NCBI GenBank assembly: GCA_964612665.1
Contig: CAZTCI010000003.1
Location: forward strand, 969-64,968
DNA: 64,000 bases
Origin: an uncultured Planctomycetales bacterium
GTDB lineage: Bacteria; Omnitrophota; Gorgyraeia; Zapsychrales; JAHFFX01
Direction: 5' to 3'
In this document: in pieces, positions 61,581-64,000 of the stretch
Layout: each line of letters starts with the position of its first letter
Position numbering within the stretch: position 1 is the stretch's first letter
Notes under the pieces: model-generated
Told to the model about the DNA's origin: nothing
What the model saw: the letters and a program-made list of their open reading frames with translations, nothing else
The model's database searches: none
Translations under genes and position numbers: made by a program

Positions 61581-62045
61581 CTAAATCCGCCTCAACACAT
61601 TCACCATCGCCACCGCGCACCGCGCTGCGCTTACGCCTTTGTTCGGCCCTTTGCGTCCGGCGCGCTGATAAGCTTTTTCAACGGTGTCAGTCGCCAAAAT
61701 TTCAAAAATAATAGGTTTTCCCGTCATGACCGACACCTGCATAATCCCCTGCGCTGCCCCGTGAGCGACCAGATCATAATGCAAGGTTTCTCCCTGAATC
61801 ACAGCCCCCAAACAAATGACCGCATCGACACTCTTTTTTTTAGCCAGCTTCAGCGCCACCGACGGGATTTCAAAAGAACCAGGAACCCAAATGACCGTGA
61901 TTTGATTATCTTTGACACCAAGCTTCCGTAACTCAATTAAACAACCGTCTAACAATCTCTTGGTTATAAAATCATTAAATTCTGAAACAACAACCGCGAA
62001 TTTTTGTCCGGAAGATTTAAGTTCTCCTTTAATGACTTTAACCAT
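61581..62045 (-). CDS. ribH: 6,7-dimethyl-8-ribityllumazine synthase
   Basis: Lumazine synthase fold (VVSEFNDFITKRLLDG). Confidence 0.9.
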   Translation of the reverse strand: MVKVIKGELKSSGQKFAVVVSEFNDFITKRLLDGCLIELRKLGVKDNQITVIWVPGSFEIPSVALKLAKKKSVDAVICLGAVIQGETLHYDLVAHGAAQGIMQVSVMTGKPIIFEILATDTVEKAYQRAGRKGPNKGVSAARCAVAMVNVLRRI

Positions 62046-62098
62046 TTTTCCTTTAACGTAGGATGTGGGACGTCCCGCGTCCTACGTAACTTAACAAC

Positions 62099-63298
62099 TT
62101 ACAAAAGATGTCCCAACTTATCTTTCTTAGTTTTCAAATAATTCTGATTCGTCGCATTGTGCGGAATCTTAAGCGCGACGCGTTCAACAACGGTTAACCC
62201 ATAGCCTTCGAGCCCGACGATCTTGCGCGGATTATTGGTTAAAAGGCGGATTTGCCGGACACCTAAATCAACCAGGATCTGCGCGCCAATGCCGTAATCA
62301 CGTAAATCGGCGGAAAACCCCAACGCTTCATTCGCCTGGACCGTGTCCATACCTTTATCCTGTAAAGAATACGCCTTAAATTTATTAAGCAATCCAATCC
62401 CACGGCCTTCCTGACGCATATACAGTAGAATCCCGGAACGGTTTTCCTGAATCGTTTTAAAAGCCGCGTGCAGTTGCGCGTTACAATCACAGCGTTTGGA
62501 ACCAAATACATCGCCGGTCAAACATTCGGATTGTACGCGCACGAGTTCTGGAACTGTTCCGTCGACTTTTCCTAATACCAAAGCGACGTGACATACGCCA
62601 TCGACTTTGGATTCATAGCCTAATAATTTAAAAGTGCCGTACTCCGTCGGTAAAACAGTTTCAACACAGCGCTCAACGAGCTTTTCGTAAGTGCGGCGGT
62701 ATTCAATCAGGCTGTCGATTGTACAAATTTTAAGTTTATATTTTTTAGAGAATTGAATGAGATCATCAGTGCGGGCCATGGTGCCGTCTTCGTTCATGAT
62801 TTCACAAATGACGGCGGCAGGATAAAGGCCGGCGATTTTCATTAAATCAACCGACGCTTCGGTGTGTCCGGCGCGCACCAAAACACCGCCTCGGCGGGCG
62901 CGTAACGGAAAGAGATGCCCTGGAGTGACTAAATCATGAGGTTTGGCTTTGGGGTCGATTAAGACTTCAACGGTGCGGGCCCGGTCGTAGGCAGAAATGC
63001 CGGTCGTGACTCCTTTGGCGGCATCGACGGAAATCGCCCAGCCGGTGTTACATTTTTGATGTTTCTGGTTTAATTCATCTTTCATGGGATGAAGATCCAG
63101 CTGATTAAGCCGTTCTTCTTCCATCGGGACACAAATCAGTCCACGCGCCTCGCGGGCCATAAAGTTTATATCTTCAGGACGGACAAACTGAGCCGCAACG
63201 AGAATATCGCCTTCATTTTCCCGGCCTTCATCGTCCATCACAATAACCATTTTACCGGCTTTAAGATCTTCTAAAACTTCCGGAATCGTGTTAAACAT
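62099..63298 (-). CDS. ribBA: bifunctional 3,4-dihydroxy-2-butanone-4-phosphate synthase / GTP cyclohydrolase II
   Basis: RibB (EDLKAGKMVIVMDDEGRENEGD) and RibA (CxxC...C zinc motif) domains. Start set at MFNTIP, which has SD GAAGGAGGG 8 nt upstream. The longer track ORF reads through a terminator hairpin. Confidence 0.85.
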   Translation of the reverse strand: MFNTIPEVLEDLKAGKMVIVMDDEGRENEGDILVAAQFVRPEDINFMAREARGLICVPMEEERLNQLDLHPMKDELNQKHQKCNTGWAISVDAAKGVTTGISAYDRARTVEVLIDPKAKPHDLVTPGHLFPLRARRGGVLVRAGHTEASVDLMKIAGLYPAAVICEIMNEDGTMARTDDLIQFSKKYKLKICTIDSLIEYRRTYEKLVERCVETVLPTEYGTFKLLGYESKVDGVCHVALVLGKVDGTVPELVRVQSECLTGDVFGSKRCDCNAQLHAAFKTIQENRSGILLYMRQEGRGIGLLNKFKAYSLQDKGMDTVQANEALGFSADLRDYGIGAQILVDLGVRQIRLLTNNPRKIVGLEGYGLTVVERVALKIPHNATNQNYLKTKKDKLGHLL

Positions 63299-63407
63299 AT
63301 GCGACTTCCCCTCCTTCAAAGGCATAATGTTATTCTTCTTTAAAAAATTCTGCTCAAAAAAATTGCTGCGTAGCCATACCATCGACCCATTTCCAATGGC
63401 GAAGCAG

Positions 63408-63440
63408 AAAAAAAAATCCCGAAGATCTCTCTCGGGATTA
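63408..63440 (-). terminator. intrinsic terminator / attenuator hairpin in the ribBA leader
   Basis: aatcccga / tcgggatt stem with a 9-nt U-tract on the minus strand, ~110 nt upstream of the ribBA start. Confidence 0.55.
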
Positions 63441-64000
63441 AAATTTTGGGAGTGCATGTATTTCAAACTTAAAAATAACCTAAGATCGAAATAGAATGCA
63501 AAAGATAGTCTTCGGGCCGGATATTAAATATAAATCAGCTTCAGACTTCTTCTATAACGGTTGCTTTCTCCCATCTAGGCTGTCTCTTCTATTACGAATA
63601 ATTTCAGAACTCAGAATCTGATCTCTGTTCTCTGACTTCCGATAATAGAAGTCTCCGTCAGCGACGGAACTATTGGCTCAAGATTTTCACTTGATCTGCA
63701 ACGTAGTCACGATGAGGCTAACCACGCGTCCGGTCAAAGACTGCCTTCAGAGCATTTAACTCTGAAGCGCTCGTAGGCTTATCGCAAGTTGCGCTTGCGA
63801 ATTACTACCAGCTGGGAATTACACCCACCCTCCAACCTTGTTAAAGGTCAAGGGCTTGCCCTGAACAAAATGGTTCAAGGCATCCCGAAAGCTGTGTCAA
63901 TATTACGGAAAAGCTTAGATATTGTCAAGTACGATTCCTCAATTCCCCGTCTGGAACAAATCACCTTACTGGCCTTTTCTATCCCAAAGATAAGGTTGTT

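Noticed and set aside
62099-63466. Longer ribBA start at 63466 from the ORF track (MKYMHSQNF...)
   Set aside because: The extension is translated through the leader terminator hairpin and poly-U and has no RBS. A strong SD precedes the internal MFNTIP start, which aligns with RibB N-termini.

Overview
This 64 kb window comes from a compact, mostly minus-strand-coded bacterial chromosome of about 43-45% GC. I could not assign a phylum from sequence alone.

Part 1 - layout, left to right. (1) 1-7121 is one giant minus-strand gene, truncated at the window start. It has a signal peptide and a roughly 270-residue N-terminal domain, followed by at least 160 tandem 13-residue repeats with consensus (I/V)NWxD(L/V)DILSDAG and 39-bp DNA periodicity. 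The supplied ORF track does not report it because it has no stop inside the window. The four long plus-strand ORFs listed over 4..6282 are antisense shadow ORFs of this array. (2) 7242-15319 holds an FGE/SUMF1-like secreted protein, a TPR coiled-coil protein, a secretin, a PilP/GspC-like protein, two GT2 glycosyltransferases, a SAM methyltransferase and a DUF2304-like membrane protein. (3) Then come an S41 C-terminal processing protease, two small secreted S/T-rich or EF-hand proteins, a lipoate-ligase-family gene, gcvPB-gcvPA-gcvH-gcvT and tRNA-Arg. (4) A dcw cluster follows: ftsA-ftsQ-ddl-(repeat element)-murC-(HExxH protein)-murG-ftsW-murD-mraY-murF-murE-ftsI-ftsL-rsmH-mraZ. It has a clean sigma70 promoter and MraZ-box-like repeats, and no murB or ftsZ at the usual positions. 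(5) Next are ribF, truB, a DHH phosphoesterase, rbfA, a CCA/poly(A) polymerase-family gene, xerD, a lipoprotein, ligA, acyP, a GIY-YIG protein, tRNA-Pro and fabZ. (6) A repeat-bounded accessory islet at 50.5-56.0 kb carries two COG1373/DUF4143 AAA ATPases, a secreted 516-aa protein, and a retropepsin-like aspartic protease with a small partner gene. (7) fabG-fabF and a rib operon (ribBA-ribH-nusB-PHP-ribD-ribE) follow, then about 530 nt of non-coding sequence at the right edge.

Part 2 - noteworthy observations. Three interspersed GC-rich palindromic repeat families stand out. One is a ~145-nt structured MITE-like element with two intergenic copies and a third copy inserted in-frame inside the cca-family gene. 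The second is a family of six 'acacacgaat' REP-like hairpins. The third is a 'tagcggtcagcgg / ccgctatccgctgcc' palindrome flanking the accessory genes, with the REP nested inside it at two sites. The most novel candidate is the giant repeat protein together with its neighbouring FGE-like, TPR, secretin, PilP-like and glycosylation genes, as a possible dedicated surface-adhesin export or modification locus.
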